A stretch of 64,000 nucleotides of DNA from Nocardioidaceae bacterium (GCA_035557095.1 DATMEB010000132.1:8938-72937); one strand, 5' to 3'; shown: positions 51,575 through 61,796, counted from the first letter of the stretch. Program-made: numbers and translations. Notes: generated from the sequence alone by a model not told the origin.

Positions 51575-52633
51575 ATGATGCGCCCCGTGAAGATGATCGG
51601 CGCCCTGCTGTGCGTCGGGGCCCTGGTTTCGGCGTGTGCCGATGTGCCCGGAGAGGGTGGCGGCGCTGCGGGAGGCAAGGGGGTCGCGATCGCGCAGGTC
51701 GTTCCCACGCTCGGCTACGTCACGTTGGACACCGCTCGGGCGTTCAACACGTTCGCCGACGAGGGCATCGAGGCTGAGCACGTGCAGCTGTCCGGCGGCG
51801 ACCCGGCTGCACTGGCTGCCTTGGACTCTGGTGATGTCGACTTCGCGGCAGTCGGGTCCGAGGCGCCCCTGCTGGCTTTGGCCGAGGGAGGAGGCGACTA
51901 CCAGGTGGTGTACTCCCTGATGGGCCAGATGTCCCTGGATCTTGTGGTGTCCAAGGCGTTCATGGACAAGGCGGGCGTGTCCCCGACGGATCCGCTCGAG
52001 GAGCGGCTGGCTGCACTGGAGGGAGCGCGTTTCGGGGTCTCGGCTCTGGGCGGGGCGCAGGAGCGGACCAGCAAGTGGCTCGCCCAGCAGGGCGGACTCG
52101 ACCCCGAGGAGGACATCGAGGTCCTGAACGCAGGACCCCCGCCGGCTCTGCTCGCCGGGATGGACAACGACCGCATCGACGCGTTCCTGCTGACGGCGCC
52201 GAACGGTGCGATCGCGGAGAAGGCAGGTTACGGGCAGGTGCTGGTTCGCCTGGCTGCCGAGGTCGACGAGCTCGCCGGGTTCGACCATCTCGTACTCGTG
52301 ACTCGCAAGGACTTCGCCGCACAGGAACCGGAGAAGGTCACCAAGGTCGTTCGCGCCCTCAACTCGGCCAACGAGATGATCCTGGACCAGCCTGGAGACG
52401 TCGCCGCGAAGCTGCAGAGCACGGCCTATGAGGATGTCCCGACCGACATCATGACGGAGTCGGTGCAGGGCCTCGCGCCCGGCGTCCAAGACAAGGGCGC
52501 GGTCACCGAAGAGGGCATGAGCCACGTCATCGAGTTCACCGCCAAGACCGGTGAGCCGACCGTGAGGGAGCTCGAGGCGGCATCAGGAGAGGGCGACTGG
52601 TGGACGAACCAGTTCGTGCAGAAGGCCGGCTGA
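51575..52633 (+). CDS. ABC substrate-binding lipoprotein (NMT1/THI5-like)
   Basis: Signal peptide with lipobox LVSAC. Periplasmic-binding-protein-like sequence. Confidence 0.7.
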   Translation: MMRPVKMIGALLCVGALVSACADVPGEGGGAAGGKGVAIAQVVPTLGYVTLDTARAFNTFADEGIEAEHVQLSGGDPAALAALDSGDVDFAAVGSEAPLLALAEGGGDYQVVYSLMGQMSLDLVVSKAFMDKAGVSPTDPLEERLAALEGARFGVSALGGAQERTSKWLAQQGGLDPEEDIEVLNAGPPPALLAGMDNDRIDAFLLTAPNGAIAEKAGYGQVLVRLAAEVDELAGFDHLVLVTRKDFAAQEPEKVTKVVRALNSANEMILDQPGDVAAKLQSTAYEDVPTDIMTESVQGLAPGVQDKGAVTEEGMSHVIEFTAKTGEPTVRELEAASGEGDWWTNQFVQKAG

Positions 52634-52659
52634 CGAAACCTGAACCCAATGCAGACTCC

Positions 52660-53655
52660 ATGACCCCGACCATGCAGCAGCCTGCCGGCGTATACGACGG
52701 GATCGACGTCCACCAGCATCTGGTCCCGCCGGCGCTGGCCGAGGCGTTGCGTGGCCGCCGCTGTGCTCCGCGGTTGGACGGCGCGGTGCTGCATCGGACC
52801 GACGCGCCGCCGACGGATCTAGACTCCACCCATTTCGACGTCGAAGGTCGCGCCTCCCAGGTTCGCACCGACGGCTGCGAGCAGGCACTGGTCTCGCTGT
52901 CGGCACCCATCGGCATCGAAGGTCTACCGCCGGACGAGGCGCATTCCCTGCTCTCCGTGTACCACGACAGCGCTGCAATGCTGCCGCCGGTCTTCGGTGC
53001 GTGGGCGTCCGCATGCGTGAGCGAAGTCCAGCCCGACGAGCTGCGCAAGCAGCTAAGCGGCGCCTTCGTGGGACTCCAGCTGCCCGCCACTGCTCTGCTC
53101 ACACCCCGACACGTCGAACGGATGGGACCGCTCCTGAGGCTGCTGGAGGCGCACGACAAGCCGCTTCTGATACATCCCGGCCCGGCGACGCCGCCCGGCG
53201 ACGCGCCCACCTGGTGGCCGGCAGCGGTCGAGTTCGTACAGCAGATGCACGCCGCCTGGCACGCATGGCTGGTGGCGGGCCAGGTCAACCATCCGCGGCT
53301 TCGGGTGTGCTTCGTGGCGCTCGCCGGGCTCGCCCCTCTGCACCGTGACCGCCTGCACACGCGAGGGGGTGCAGGCCTGCCGATGCCCGGCCAGGTGTAC
53401 TACGAGACCTCGTCCTACCAGCCGCAGACCGTGGCCTGGCTCGCCGGACTGGTCGGTGGCGACGCCATCGTCTACGGCTCCGACCGCCCCTACGCACAAC
53501 CCAGTACGACGGCGATGGCGCCTGCCACCGTGCACGCGACGCGCACGACCAACCCCCGGAGACTGCTCACCGGGAACAGCGCTGACCCCGAACAAGCTCC
53601 CCGCACAACCGCTGCGGATGAGTCCCGCGCAGCAACGTCCCAACTCGCCGAGTGA
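52660..53655 (+). CDS. Amidohydrolase_2 (ACMSD/LigI-like) family metal-dependent hydrolase or decarboxylase
   Basis: GIDVHQHLVP (HxH), LLIHPG and YGSDRPY are typical PF04909-type motifs. Start at ATG 52660. Confidence 0.65.
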   Translation: MTPTMQQPAGVYDGIDVHQHLVPPALAEALRGRRCAPRLDGAVLHRTDAPPTDLDSTHFDVEGRASQVRTDGCEQALVSLSAPIGIEGLPPDEAHSLLSVYHDSAAMLPPVFGAWASACVSEVQPDELRKQLSGAFVGLQLPATALLTPRHVERMGPLLRLLEAHDKPLLIHPGPATPPGDAPTWWPAAVEFVQQMHAAWHAWLVAGQVNHPRLRVCFVALAGLAPLHRDRLHTRGGAGLPMPGQVYYETSSYQPQTVAWLAGLVGGDAIVYGSDRPYAQPSTTAMAPATVHATRTTNPRRLLTGNSADPEQAPRTTAADESRAATSQLAE

Positions 53656-53668
53656 CAAGGAGCGCCAC

Positions 53669-54676
53669 GTGGCGACCCCAGAGATCTGGTTCACCTACCT
53701 CAACGGACCTGCCATCGGCCAGCTCGACGTGTCGAACGACGACATCCTGGCCGCGGTCGAGGAAGGGCTGCGCGCACAGGGGTCCGGCCAGTCGGTGATC
53801 GAGCCTCGCGTGCACCTGGAGCCCGACCCGGAGTTCCGGGGCCACTTCAACGTGCTCCGGGGCTACGTCTCGACGCTGGGACTCGCCGGTGTGAAGGTCG
53901 TCGGCGACTACGTCGACAACTACAAGGTCGATCTACCGTCCGAGATGGCTCTGCTCAACCTGTTCGACCCTAGGACCGGGATGCCCGTCGCGGTCGTCGA
54001 TGCCACCGGGATCACCGAGATGCGCACAGGTGCGGTGACGGCCCTGGGGGCTCGGCACCTGGCACGTCGGGACTCGCGCGTGCTCGGACACGTCGGCTCT
54101 CGCGGGACCTCGTACTGGAACGTGCGCCTGCTCGACCATCTCTTCGACCTCGAGGAGATCCGGGTGCACTCCCGCCGCCCCGAGAGCAGACAGGCGTTCG
54201 CCGAACAGCTGCAGCGAGACCTGGGCAAGCCGATCATCGTCACCGAGGACTGGGAGTCCTGCGTGACCGGTGCCGACATCGTCGTGGAAGCGTCACGCCT
54301 GCCCCGGCCACAACCGCAGCTCAAGACCGAATGGATCAAACCCGGAGCCCTGGTGGTGCCCTACGGGACCATGAGCGCCGTCGAGCTCTCCCTCACCGAC
54401 ATCATGGACAAGATCGTCGTCGATGACTGGGGCCAGTGTCGCGACGGTCGGCTGGGAGCGCTGCGGCAGCACGTAGAGCAGGGCAAGCTCACCGAGCAGA
54501 CCCTGCACGGTGAGCTGTGCGAGCTGGTCACCGGGGCCAAACCAGGCCGCGAGAGCGACGAGGAGACGAACCTCTTCTGGCACCGAGGCCTGTCGCTGTC
54601 CGACATCGCTCTGGGAGGCATGCTGCTGGAGAAGGCCAAGGCTGCTGGGCTCGGCCAGCAGCTCCGCTTCGCGTGA
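53669..54676 (+). CDS. Ornithine cyclodeaminase/mu-crystallin family NAD(P)-dependent enzyme
   Basis: ITEMRTGAVTALGARHLAR, LGHVGSRGTSYW (Rossmann) and overall OCD-like length. GTG 53669 lies 6 nt after AAGGAG. Confidence 0.75.
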   Translation: MATPEIWFTYLNGPAIGQLDVSNDDILAAVEEGLRAQGSGQSVIEPRVHLEPDPEFRGHFNVLRGYVSTLGLAGVKVVGDYVDNYKVDLPSEMALLNLFDPRTGMPVAVVDATGITEMRTGAVTALGARHLARRDSRVLGHVGSRGTSYWNVRLLDHLFDLEEIRVHSRRPESRQAFAEQLQRDLGKPIIVTEDWESCVTGADIVVEASRLPRPQPQLKTEWIKPGALVVPYGTMSAVELSLTDIMDKIVVDDWGQCRDGRLGALRQHVEQGKLTEQTLHGELCELVTGAKPGRESDEETNLFWHRGLSLSDIALGGMLLEKAKAAGLGQQLRFA

Positions 54677-54835
54677 CGAGAACCCGCGACGACGGCGGTG
54701 CTCGATCGCCGAAGCGTCGGATGCGGCGTGGTCGGGCAGGGAAGCCCACAGTCTGGACAAATCCGCCCGAAGGGTCTTGACTCTGGCAGGTCATTCCATG
54801 TGGCCTCGGGGGCTGATTTCTCGGGAGGGGCGTCC

Positions 54836-56674
54836 ATGAATCTCCGCACGAAGGTGTCGACCGTCGCGGCGGCCGGCGTACTGGTCACCAGCACCACTCT
54901 TACCGCGAGCGCCTTACCCGCGCCGGCACAGCCAGGGCCGGCACAGGCACTGCCGGGCGTCGTGGCAGCCGACGACCCGATCACCCACGACGAGAACCCT
55001 CGCGTTCCCGTGGGGGCGGCGTGGACCGAGGCGTACTTCCCGTCCTCGGACGGCAGCGGTGTCGAGCTGCACGCCGACGTGCTGCGTCCCGCACATCTGC
55101 CGCCGGACGTGAAGACGCCGGTCATCCTCTCGGTGGGCCCCTACTTCGCGCACGCCGGACAGACCGGCCCCGAGGGCTGGGACCAGGTCGGACCGTCGGC
55201 ACGCTTCCAGGACTTCGTCGACGGCGCGAACCTGATGGCCCGCGGCTACACCTTCGTGATGGTCGACCTCCGCGGCTTCGGCGGTAGCACCGGGTGCCTG
55301 GACTGGGTCGGACCGGGCGAGCAGGCCGACGTCCGGGCCGCCGTCGACTGGTCGGCGAGCCAGCCCTGGTCGACCGGCGAGATCGGCATGTACGGCAAGT
55401 CGTACGACGCCGTCACCGGTCTGGTGGGCAACAACCTCGACCTGGACAGCGTGAAGGCCGTCGTCGCGCAGGAACCTGTCTGGGACATGTACAACTACCT
55501 GTTCAGCAACAAGGTGCCGCGCCCCAACGTGGTGGGCACCCCGGAGGCGTACAACTCCATCGCGACGATGCCTGCGATGGCCGACGACAGCGACCGCTAC
55601 ACGGCGAACGCCGACTACGAGGCGACCCATCCGGAGTGTCTCAGCGACAACATCACCAACAACAACGAGCCCGATCCGAGGTCGGCGTACTGGCGGGCTC
55701 GTGACCTGGCCACCGACGCCGCGGGCACCGGCACACCGCTGTTCGTGACCCAGGGCTTCATCGAGCCGAACACCAAGCCCGAGGACATGGAGCAGTACCT
55801 GGACAACCACCGGGGCCCAGAACGCGGCTGGCTCGGCCAGTGGGACCACGTACGGGGCAACGAAACCGACGCCGCCGGCCGCCTGTTGATGGGCCGTGCC
55901 GGGTGGTTCGACGAGGTCATGCGGTTCTACGACCAGCACGTTCGCGGCGTCGACCCGGCGGTGTCCGATCCGGCGTACGCACTCGAGGACAGCCTCGGCA
56001 ACTGGCGTGCTCAGAGGACCTGGCCGATGACCGGGATCTCGGTTGCGGCGCGGCTCAGGTCCGGCCGCTACGTCGACAACGGCGGTGCTCTTGCCGCAGA
56101 TGCTCCGGCCGCCACCGCGGATCGTGACGACTGGGACCTGGAGCGAGCGCCGGGGCTCGAGCCGCTGTCGCGAGCCGAGAAGATGGTCGCCAGGCGAGGC
56201 GACGCCGCCCCTTCCAGCTTCTGGTCCTGGTCCGCGCCCACGCCGCGAAGCCTGCGCATCACGGGTACGCCGCGGATCACGCTCGACGCGAGCACCAGCG
56301 GCAACGTGATGGTGCGCCTGTGGGACGTGGCTCGAGACGGCACAGCGACGATGTTCGACGAGAACGTCGCGCTGCTGGAGGACCGGGGCCGGATCTCGTT
56401 CGACCTGAAGTCGACCGACTGGACCTTCGCGCGCGGAGACCGGCTGGGCGTCCAGATCGGCACGATCGACTCCGGTCGCTGGTGGGACGTGCCCTCGGGC
56501 CACACGATCAGGGTCTCCGGCGCGCGGCTTCGCCTGGATGTCCAGGACCCGCGGTTCGACGTGCCCACCCAGGGTGACCGCTCGCCGTACCTGGACCGCT
56601 ACCTGGAGGCCAACACCACGACGCTCACCGACGTGGGCCGCCCCACCTTCCCGCTGCGGGTCGCGCAGGACTGA
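54836..56674 (+). CDS. Secreted CocE/NonD-family hydrolase (peptidase S15-like)
   Basis: Signal peptide MNLRTKVSTVAAAGVLVTSTTLTASALPAPA, FVMVDLRGFGGSTG, and nucleophile elbow GMYGKSYDA. Start at ATG 54836 after GGGAGGGG. Confidence 0.8.
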   Translation: MNLRTKVSTVAAAGVLVTSTTLTASALPAPAQPGPAQALPGVVAADDPITHDENPRVPVGAAWTEAYFPSSDGSGVELHADVLRPAHLPPDVKTPVILSVGPYFAHAGQTGPEGWDQVGPSARFQDFVDGANLMARGYTFVMVDLRGFGGSTGCLDWVGPGEQADVRAAVDWSASQPWSTGEIGMYGKSYDAVTGLVGNNLDLDSVKAVVAQEPVWDMYNYLFSNKVPRPNVVGTPEAYNSIATMPAMADDSDRYTANADYEATHPECLSDNITNNNEPDPRSAYWRARDLATDAAGTGTPLFVTQGFIEPNTKPEDMEQYLDNHRGPERGWLGQWDHVRGNETDAAGRLLMGRAGWFDEVMRFYDQHVRGVDPAVSDPAYALEDSLGNWRAQRTWPMTGISVAARLRSGRYVDNGGALAADAPAATADRDDWDLERAPGLEPLSRAEKMVARRGDAAPSSFWSWSAPTPRSLRITGTPRITLDASTSGNVMVRLWDVARDGTATMFDENVALLEDRGRISFDLKSTDWTFARGDRLGVQIGTIDSGRWWDVPSGHTIRVSGARLRLDVQDPRFDVPTQGDRSPYLDRYLEANTTTLTDVGRPTFPLRVAQD

Positions 56675-56682
56675 CCTGACCC

Positions 56683-56714
56683 CGCCCGGCACCCGCATCA
56701 GCGGGTGCCGGGCG
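56683..56714. terminator. Perfect 14-bp stem / 4-nt loop hairpin between convergent genes (bidirectional intrinsic terminator candidate)
   Basis: CGCCCGGCACCCGC-atca-GCGGGTGCCGGGCG, read directly from the sequence, 9 nt after the stop at 56674. No clear U-tract, which is common in actinobacteria. Confidence 0.6.
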
Positions 56715-56788
56715 TCTGGGGTCGCAGGAGCAAGGGAGGCGCACAGCACGCGTGCGGCGCACGAGCGTGAACGGCACGTGCGAGAGTC

Positions 56789-57742
56789 CTAACGCTCCCG
56801 AGGCGCCGGCACCTTCCCCGGTCTATCGAGCGCCTCCTCCTGCCCCTCGGCGGCCTGGGCGCCCTCGGCGGTGGTCTCGTCCCCGTAGACGATCAGGGTG
56901 GAGCCGACCAGGGCCAGCACGATGCCGATGCCGCCGTACATCGAGGGCAGCGTCTGGTAGGCCGCCAGCGACAGGATGATCGTGACGACGGGGGCGAGGG
57001 CGTTGGCGACGGGGGACACGATGGCCGCCTTGCCGCGGCTGAGCGCCATGACCAGGAACAGGCTGCCCACGGCGTTCAGCATCTGCGTGCCGAGCGTCAG
57101 CGCCGGCGCCGCGGCCGGGAAGTCCAAGGGGAGCCCGCCCATCATCACCATCGCCACCGGGGCGAGGGCCAGGCCGGTGATGGTCATCCAGGTGAACGTG
57201 GTGGCGTCGTTGACCCCGATGAGGGCAGCCTTGCGCATGTAGTAGGCCTGCACGCCCCAGGCCAGCATGACGATGAGGGCCAGCAACAGCCACGAGCCGC
57301 CGGAGGCGTCGGCACTGTCGTCGGAGATGCTGAACAGCGGGATCGAGGCCAGCGCGAGGGCCACGCCGATGGAGGCCAGGAGATGGATGCGCTCCCGCAG
57401 CAGCCCGATGGCCATCAGCACCGTCACCGCCGGCGAGATCGAGATCAGCGGAAAGATCAGGTACGCGGGACCGATGTCCAGGGCCTTGAACAGCAGCAGC
57501 TGACCGCCCGCGCCGGTGAAGCCGATCACCAGCCCGTAGATGACCGCGATGGGACGGCGGTCCAGCCGGTGCCCGCGCAGCGCGAAGTAGTTGGGGACGA
57601 GCATGGTCAGCGACCAGAGGACGTAGATCATCTCCTCCGGATAGCCGTACAGGTCTGTGGGAGCGCTGGAGAAGGCACCCCACACGCCCCAGAAGATGAC
57701 CAGCAGTGTTGCGTAGGGGACCCAGCTGGTGCGGAGGTTCAT
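56789..57742 (-). CDS. EamA/DMT-superfamily transporter
   Basis: Ten hydrophobic segments in two EamA-like halves. Start at ATG 57742 (ATGA overlap with the upstream stop). Confidence 0.75.
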   Translation of the reverse strand: MNLRTSWVPYATLLVIFWGVWGAFSSAPTDLYGYPEEMIYVLWSLTMLVPNYFALRGHRLDRRPIAVIYGLVIGFTGAGGQLLLFKALDIGPAYLIFPLISISPAVTVLMAIGLLRERIHLLASIGVALALASIPLFSISDDSADASGGSWLLLALIVMLAWGVQAYYMRKAALIGVNDATTFTWMTITGLALAPVAMVMMGGLPLDFPAAAPALTLGTQMLNAVGSLFLVMALSRGKAAIVSPVANALAPVVTIILSLAAYQTLPSMYGGIGIVLALVGSTLIVYGDETTAEGAQAAEGQEEALDRPGKVPAPRER

Positions 57743-58731
57743 GACATGTCTCCCTCGGTTGTCTCGCCGGAGATCTGCAGACGCCTGAGGGCGTCGGCCG
57801 CGAGTGGTGAGCCCGCAAGCTTGGCGGCGTAGACGGCGCCGCCCACATCGGGTGGGTACAGCGGCCGGCGCAGGTCGTATCGGCCGGATCGTTGCGTCAG
57901 CCCGGCGCGGAACGCGTCGAGGACCGCCTCGGAGCCGAACACGCCACCGGAGTACGACACCGGTACGACCTCGGCGTCGGTGAAGCCCAACCTGCCGTGG
58001 ACGGCCTCGACGATCCCGGCCAGCTCGTGGCCGGCGTCGGCGAGCACCTTCCGCGACTCCTCGTCGCCGCGTAGCGCCGCTTCGGCGACCACCCGGCTGA
58101 GCGCGGCGATCGCGTCCCGCCGCCCCTGCCATCTGTTCAGGACGATGTCGACGACGTCGAGGTCCGAACGCAGGTCGAGGTGCTCGCGCACGACCTCCAG
58201 GAGCGGTCCGGGGGCGATGCGGCCGTCGGCCATGCGCGTGAACGCGTTCAGCCCCTGGGTCGCGACCCAGTAGGCCGATCCCTCGTCACCGAACAGCTCA
58301 CCCCAGCCGCCCGCCCGGGCGCCGCGGCCATGGTTCTCTCCATAGGCGATCGAGCCGGTGCCGCTGACCACGTTGATGCCGTCGACGCCGCCGAGCGAGC
58401 CGGCCCAGCCGCACACCATGTCGTTGCCGCAGGCGTACCTGGCGTGGCCAAGAGCCTCCCGTGGGGCCGCGTCGAGGACGGGGATGTCGCCGCTGACCTC
58501 GCCGTAGGTGGCCAGGCCGAAGAACCCGTGCCGGATCTGGTCCGGGGTGGTGTCGGCCTGGACACACGCGGCGGCGACACCGTCGCGCAGCACGCGGGCG
58601 ACCAGGTCGACGCCCTCGGTGAAGTAGTCGGTGGACGGGGCCAGCACGCGCGCCGCGATGTCACCGGTCTCGGTCACCAGGCAGATGGCTGTCTTCGTGC
58701 CGCCGCCGTCGACTCCCAGGAACACGGTCAC
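57739..58731 (-). CDS. BadF/BadG/BcrA/BcrD-type ATPase (N-acetylglucosamine kinase-like sugar kinase)
   Basis: FLGVDGGGTKT phosphate-1 motif, SGTGSI and GDEGSAYW. Start ambiguous (GTG 58731 or 58725, after AGGAGG at 58740-58735). The track ORF runs to 58770. Confidence 0.75.
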   Translation of the reverse strand: MTVFLGVDGGGTKTAICLVTETGDIAARVLAPSTDYFTEGVDLVARVLRDGVAAACVQADTTPDQIRHGFFGLATYGEVSGDIPVLDAAPREALGHARYACGNDMVCGWAGSLGGVDGINVVSGTGSIAYGENHGRGARAGGWGELFGDEGSAYWVATQGLNAFTRMADGRIAPGPLLEVVREHLDLRSDLDVVDIVLNRWQGRRDAIAALSRVVAEAALRGDEESRKVLADAGHELAGIVEAVHGRLGFTDAEVVPVSYSGGVFGSEAVLDAFRAGLTQRSGRYDLRRPLYPPDVGGAVYAAKLAGSPLAADALRRLQISGETTEGDMS

Positions 58732-58773
58732 GACCCTCCTGCCTGCCACCGTCGGCCGGTGGCGCACCAAGAC

Positions 58774-59922
58774 TCAGTCGAGCGGGTAGATGGTGACGCC
58801 TTGCACGACACGGTTCACTTCCTTGGAGGGGAACGGGTTATCGGGTTCATGGCCAAGAGCGAGCGAGGCGTGAAGCGCAATCGTCTGTGCGACGAGAACA
58901 AAGCACAGCGACAAGGTCACGTCTGCCATTCCCTCGAGGCCGGGCAGGAGCCACACGTCTTGGTCGGGAGCCTCCTCGCCCGACACGGCGATGACGTCTG
59001 ACGGGTCCATCGAAGTCCGCAGCTCCTGGAGGAGGTCGAGGTCGTACCGGCGGGTGTAGGGGTCGTTCGACACGTAGATCACGGCGAGGGTGCGGTCGTC
59101 GAGCACGGCCTTGGGACCGTGCCGGAAGCCCAGCGGTGTGTCGGCGTGGGTGACGACCTGGCCGGCCGTGAGCTCCAGGAGCTTCAACGCCGACTCCTGC
59201 GCGAGGCCGCTCAGCGGCCCACTCCCCAGGTAGACGAAGCGCCCGTATCCGGTCGCCACCAGGGAACGGGTGCGTTCGGCGATACGGGGGAGGGCTCGTT
59301 CAGACGCGCTGGCCAGCCGGTGGGCGGTCTCGTCGGGCTCGTCCCCGGTGAGCACGAGCAGGGTGGCCAGGACCATGCAGGTGAAGCTCGAGGTCATCGC
59401 GAACCCCTGGTCGTTCGCGGCCTCCGGCATGAGCATCACCATCGAGGAGCCCGACGCGACGTGCTCGCGGTACAGCGCGCCCTCGGGGTTGCAGGTCAGC
59501 ACGAGGTGGTGGCACTCGGACAGCAGCCGGTCGGCGAGCCGAGTCGCCGCGACGCCCTCGGGGCTGTCGCCGGACCGGGAGAACGACACCAGCAGCGTGG
59601 GGACGTCCTCACCGAGCAAACCATGCGGATCGGCGACCAGGTCGGTCGTGGCGATGGAGTCCACGCGTCGGCCCAGCCGCTGCCGCAGGGCGGGGGCGAG
59701 GACCGCGCCGGCGTACGAGGATGTGCCGGCACCGGCCAGCACGATGCGTAGGTCGTGACGTCGCAGAAGCGGAGCCAGGAAGGCATCGTGCTCCGCGTGC
59801 TGGGTGCCGATGTTCTTGGCGACATCGCGCCACAGCGTCGGCTGCTGGGCGATCTCGCGAGCGGTTGTGCCCGCGCCCCGGTCGTCGAGCTCGTCGGATG
59901 CGTACCCAAGGGTCTTGGCCAT
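58774..59922 (-). CDS. agaS: AgaS-like double-SIS-domain sugar-phosphate isomerase/deaminase (galactosamine-6-phosphate isomerase-like)
   Basis: TAREIAQQPTLW, VLAGAGTSSYAG, SFSRSGDSPE and a second SIS-like half. Length is about that of AgaS. Confidence 0.75.
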   Translation of the reverse strand: MAKTLGYASDELDDRGAGTTAREIAQQPTLWRDVAKNIGTQHAEHDAFLAPLLRRHDLRIVLAGAGTSSYAGAVLAPALRQRLGRRVDSIATTDLVADPHGLLGEDVPTLLVSFSRSGDSPEGVAATRLADRLLSECHHLVLTCNPEGALYREHVASGSSMVMLMPEAANDQGFAMTSSFTCMVLATLLVLTGDEPDETAHRLASASERALPRIAERTRSLVATGYGRFVYLGSGPLSGLAQESALKLLELTAGQVVTHADTPLGFRHGPKAVLDDRTLAVIYVSNDPYTRRYDLDLLQELRTSMDPSDVIAVSGEEAPDQDVWLLPGLEGMADVTLSLCFVLVAQTIALHASLALGHEPDNPFPSKEVNRVVQGVTIYPLD

Positions 59923-59979
59923 GTGGGTCTCGTACCTCCTCGGCGGGACGCTTGTCAGGTGGCGCTCACGCGGTGCGGA

Positions 59980-61269
59980 TCACGGGAAGGCAGGGAGCCG
60001 ACCGCATGCTCGTGAGTACGCGGCGAGCACGCCGCGTACCCGGTGGACGACCAGGTCGCGGGGGCTTGCCGACAGCTCGCCGCGGCGGACGGGCTCGTAC
60101 TGCTGGGGGAGGTGCGCGCTGATGAGCGGCAGCGGGATGGCGATGTCGTCGAGGTTGGCAAGAAGGCGATCCTGCGCCTCGGCGACCGCGGGGTCGGACC
60201 AGTAGTAGCGGATGCGGTCGCTGTAGCTGTACCTGCGCGCAAGCCGCTGCTGGTCTGCCCCGCCCCGGTAGTAGTCCTGCCACCACTCGGGCTTGGCGAG
60301 CATCGTCTGCTCGACGACATCGACGAGCCGGGAGCGAGCGTGTGGCGCGACCAGCTCGTCCTCGATCGCGGCGAGCGCGAACAGCCCCTCGCGCAGTGCG
60401 AACGTGAGCCAGGGGCCCACCTTCAGAATCGCCCAGCGGTCCTCGACGAGGGCGGCCAGGCTGTCGGTGTTCTGGTAGTCGGTGGAGTGCGCCTCGAACA
60501 CCATCCCCGGCCTATCGTCCAGCACGGCGGTGAGCGCCTTGGTGTGGCGGCGGTCGTAGTCGACGACGTGGTGGTGGTCGAACTCCACCCCCGGCTGCAC
60601 CACCAGTCCGACGACGCGTTGCCACGCGTCACCGACCGCGGCGGCGTCGAAGGCGTGCCGGTGAGCCTCGATGGTGCGGGCAGCCGCCTCCGGTGACGTG
60701 GGTTCGAGCCCCTCGATGTTCTCCTGGGCGCCGCCGGGCACGGGCACCTCGGTGCCGATGACGTAGACCGGCGACTGTCCGACGTGTCTCGCGGACTCCT
60801 CGGCCACGCGAGCCAGTCGCGCGGCGCGTTCGGCGACGTGCGCGTCGGTCAGCGGCGCGGGGTCTCCGGCGCAGGCCATGCTGGTGTCGAGGTGGATCTT
60901 GCAGAACCCGGCCTCGACGTATCCGGCCACGAGCTCCTCGGCGCGCCTCATGGCCTCGGCCGCACCCAGGGCACGCCAGCGGTTCGGTCCGAGATGGTCG
61001 CCGCCGAGGAGCACCCGCTCGCGCGGCAGTCCGGCACGGTCGGCGATGCCCGTGACGAGGTCGCGGAAGTCGCCGGGCCGCATGCCGGTGTAGCCCCCGA
61101 ACTGGTCGACCTGGTTCGAGGTGGCCTCCACCAGCAGCGGACCGCCGTCGTCGAGCGCCTGCGCGACGGCGGCCTCGACCACCAGCGGGTGCGCGGAGCA
61201 CACCGAGGCGATCCCGACCGCGGGATCGGCCCGATGCCGACGGACCAGGTCGAGCAGCGGCTCGCTCAT
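59980..61269 (-). CDS. agaZ: GatZ/KbaZ (AgaZ) family tagatose-phosphate enzyme
   Basis: GIASVCSAHPLVVEAAV...LVEATSNQVDQFGGYTGM...GGDHLGPN is the characteristic GatZ/KbaZ N-terminus. Start at ATG 61269. Confidence 0.8.
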   Translation of the reverse strand: MSEPLLDLVRRHRADPAVGIASVCSAHPLVVEAAVAQALDDGGPLLVEATSNQVDQFGGYTGMRPGDFRDLVTGIADRAGLPRERVLLGGDHLGPNRWRALGAAEAMRRAEELVAGYVEAGFCKIHLDTSMACAGDPAPLTDAHVAERAARLARVAEESARHVGQSPVYVIGTEVPVPGGAQENIEGLEPTSPEAAARTIEAHRHAFDAAAVGDAWQRVVGLVVQPGVEFDHHHVVDYDRRHTKALTAVLDDRPGMVFEAHSTDYQNTDSLAALVEDRWAILKVGPWLTFALREGLFALAAIEDELVAPHARSRLVDVVEQTMLAKPEWWQDYYRGGADQQRLARRYSYSDRIRYYWSDPAVAEAQDRLLANLDDIAIPLPLISAHLPQQYEPVRRGELSASPRDLVVHRVRGVLAAYSRACGRLPAFP

Positions 61270-61316
61270 CAATTGTTCTCCGTTCGCCCGTGCGTCATGT
61301 GGTGTCGTCTGGCCCG

Positions 61317-61796
61317 TCACGCCCGTACGAGGGGGTTGAGGTGCGTGCGCTTCTGGTCGGGCAGCCACTGCGCGCTCAGGTCCACGCCGGCGTCGTCGAG
61401 GTAACGCCAGTGCTCGAGCTCCTCAGGCGAGGCATGCACCTCCTTGGTCAGCTTCGAACGGCCTTCACCGGACCGGACGTTTCCGACGTTGACGGTGCTG
61501 AGCTCCAGCCCCGCCTTGTGCAGGCGGACGAGCGTGTCGGGCCCCCGGACGATGACGATCATGCGGTCGCGCTGGTAACGGTCGTCCTGCAGTGCGGTTG
61601 CGGCCTCGTCGACCGGCAGGATCGTCACCGTCAGACCGGTGGGCGCGGCCATCCGCATCAACGGGCCCTGCATCGGATCGGCCGCTGCCTGGTCGTCTGC
61701 CACCAGCGCATGGTCGACACCCAGGGCCCGAGTCCATCCCATGAGGACCTGGCCGTGGATGAGTCGGTCGTCTACACGGATGAGCGAGATGCTCAT
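61317..61796 (-). CDS. PTS mannose/sorbose-family EIIB component
   Basis: MSISLIRVDDRLIHGQV has the phospho-His context of EIIB-Man. 159 aa. Start at ATG 61796. Confidence 0.85.
   Translation of the reverse strand: MSISLIRVDDRLIHGQVLMGWTRALGVDHALVADDQAAADPMQGPLMRMAAPTGLTVTILPVDEAATALQDDRYQRDRMIVIVRGPDTLVRLHKAGLELSTVNVGNVRSGEGRSKLTKEVHASPEELEHWRYLDDAGVDLSAQWLPDQKRTHLNPLVRA

Noticed and set aside
54914-56749. 611-aa minus-strand ORF
   Set aside because: It is antisense to the secreted CocE/NonD hydrolase gene and runs through the terminator hairpin, so I treat it as a shadow ORF.
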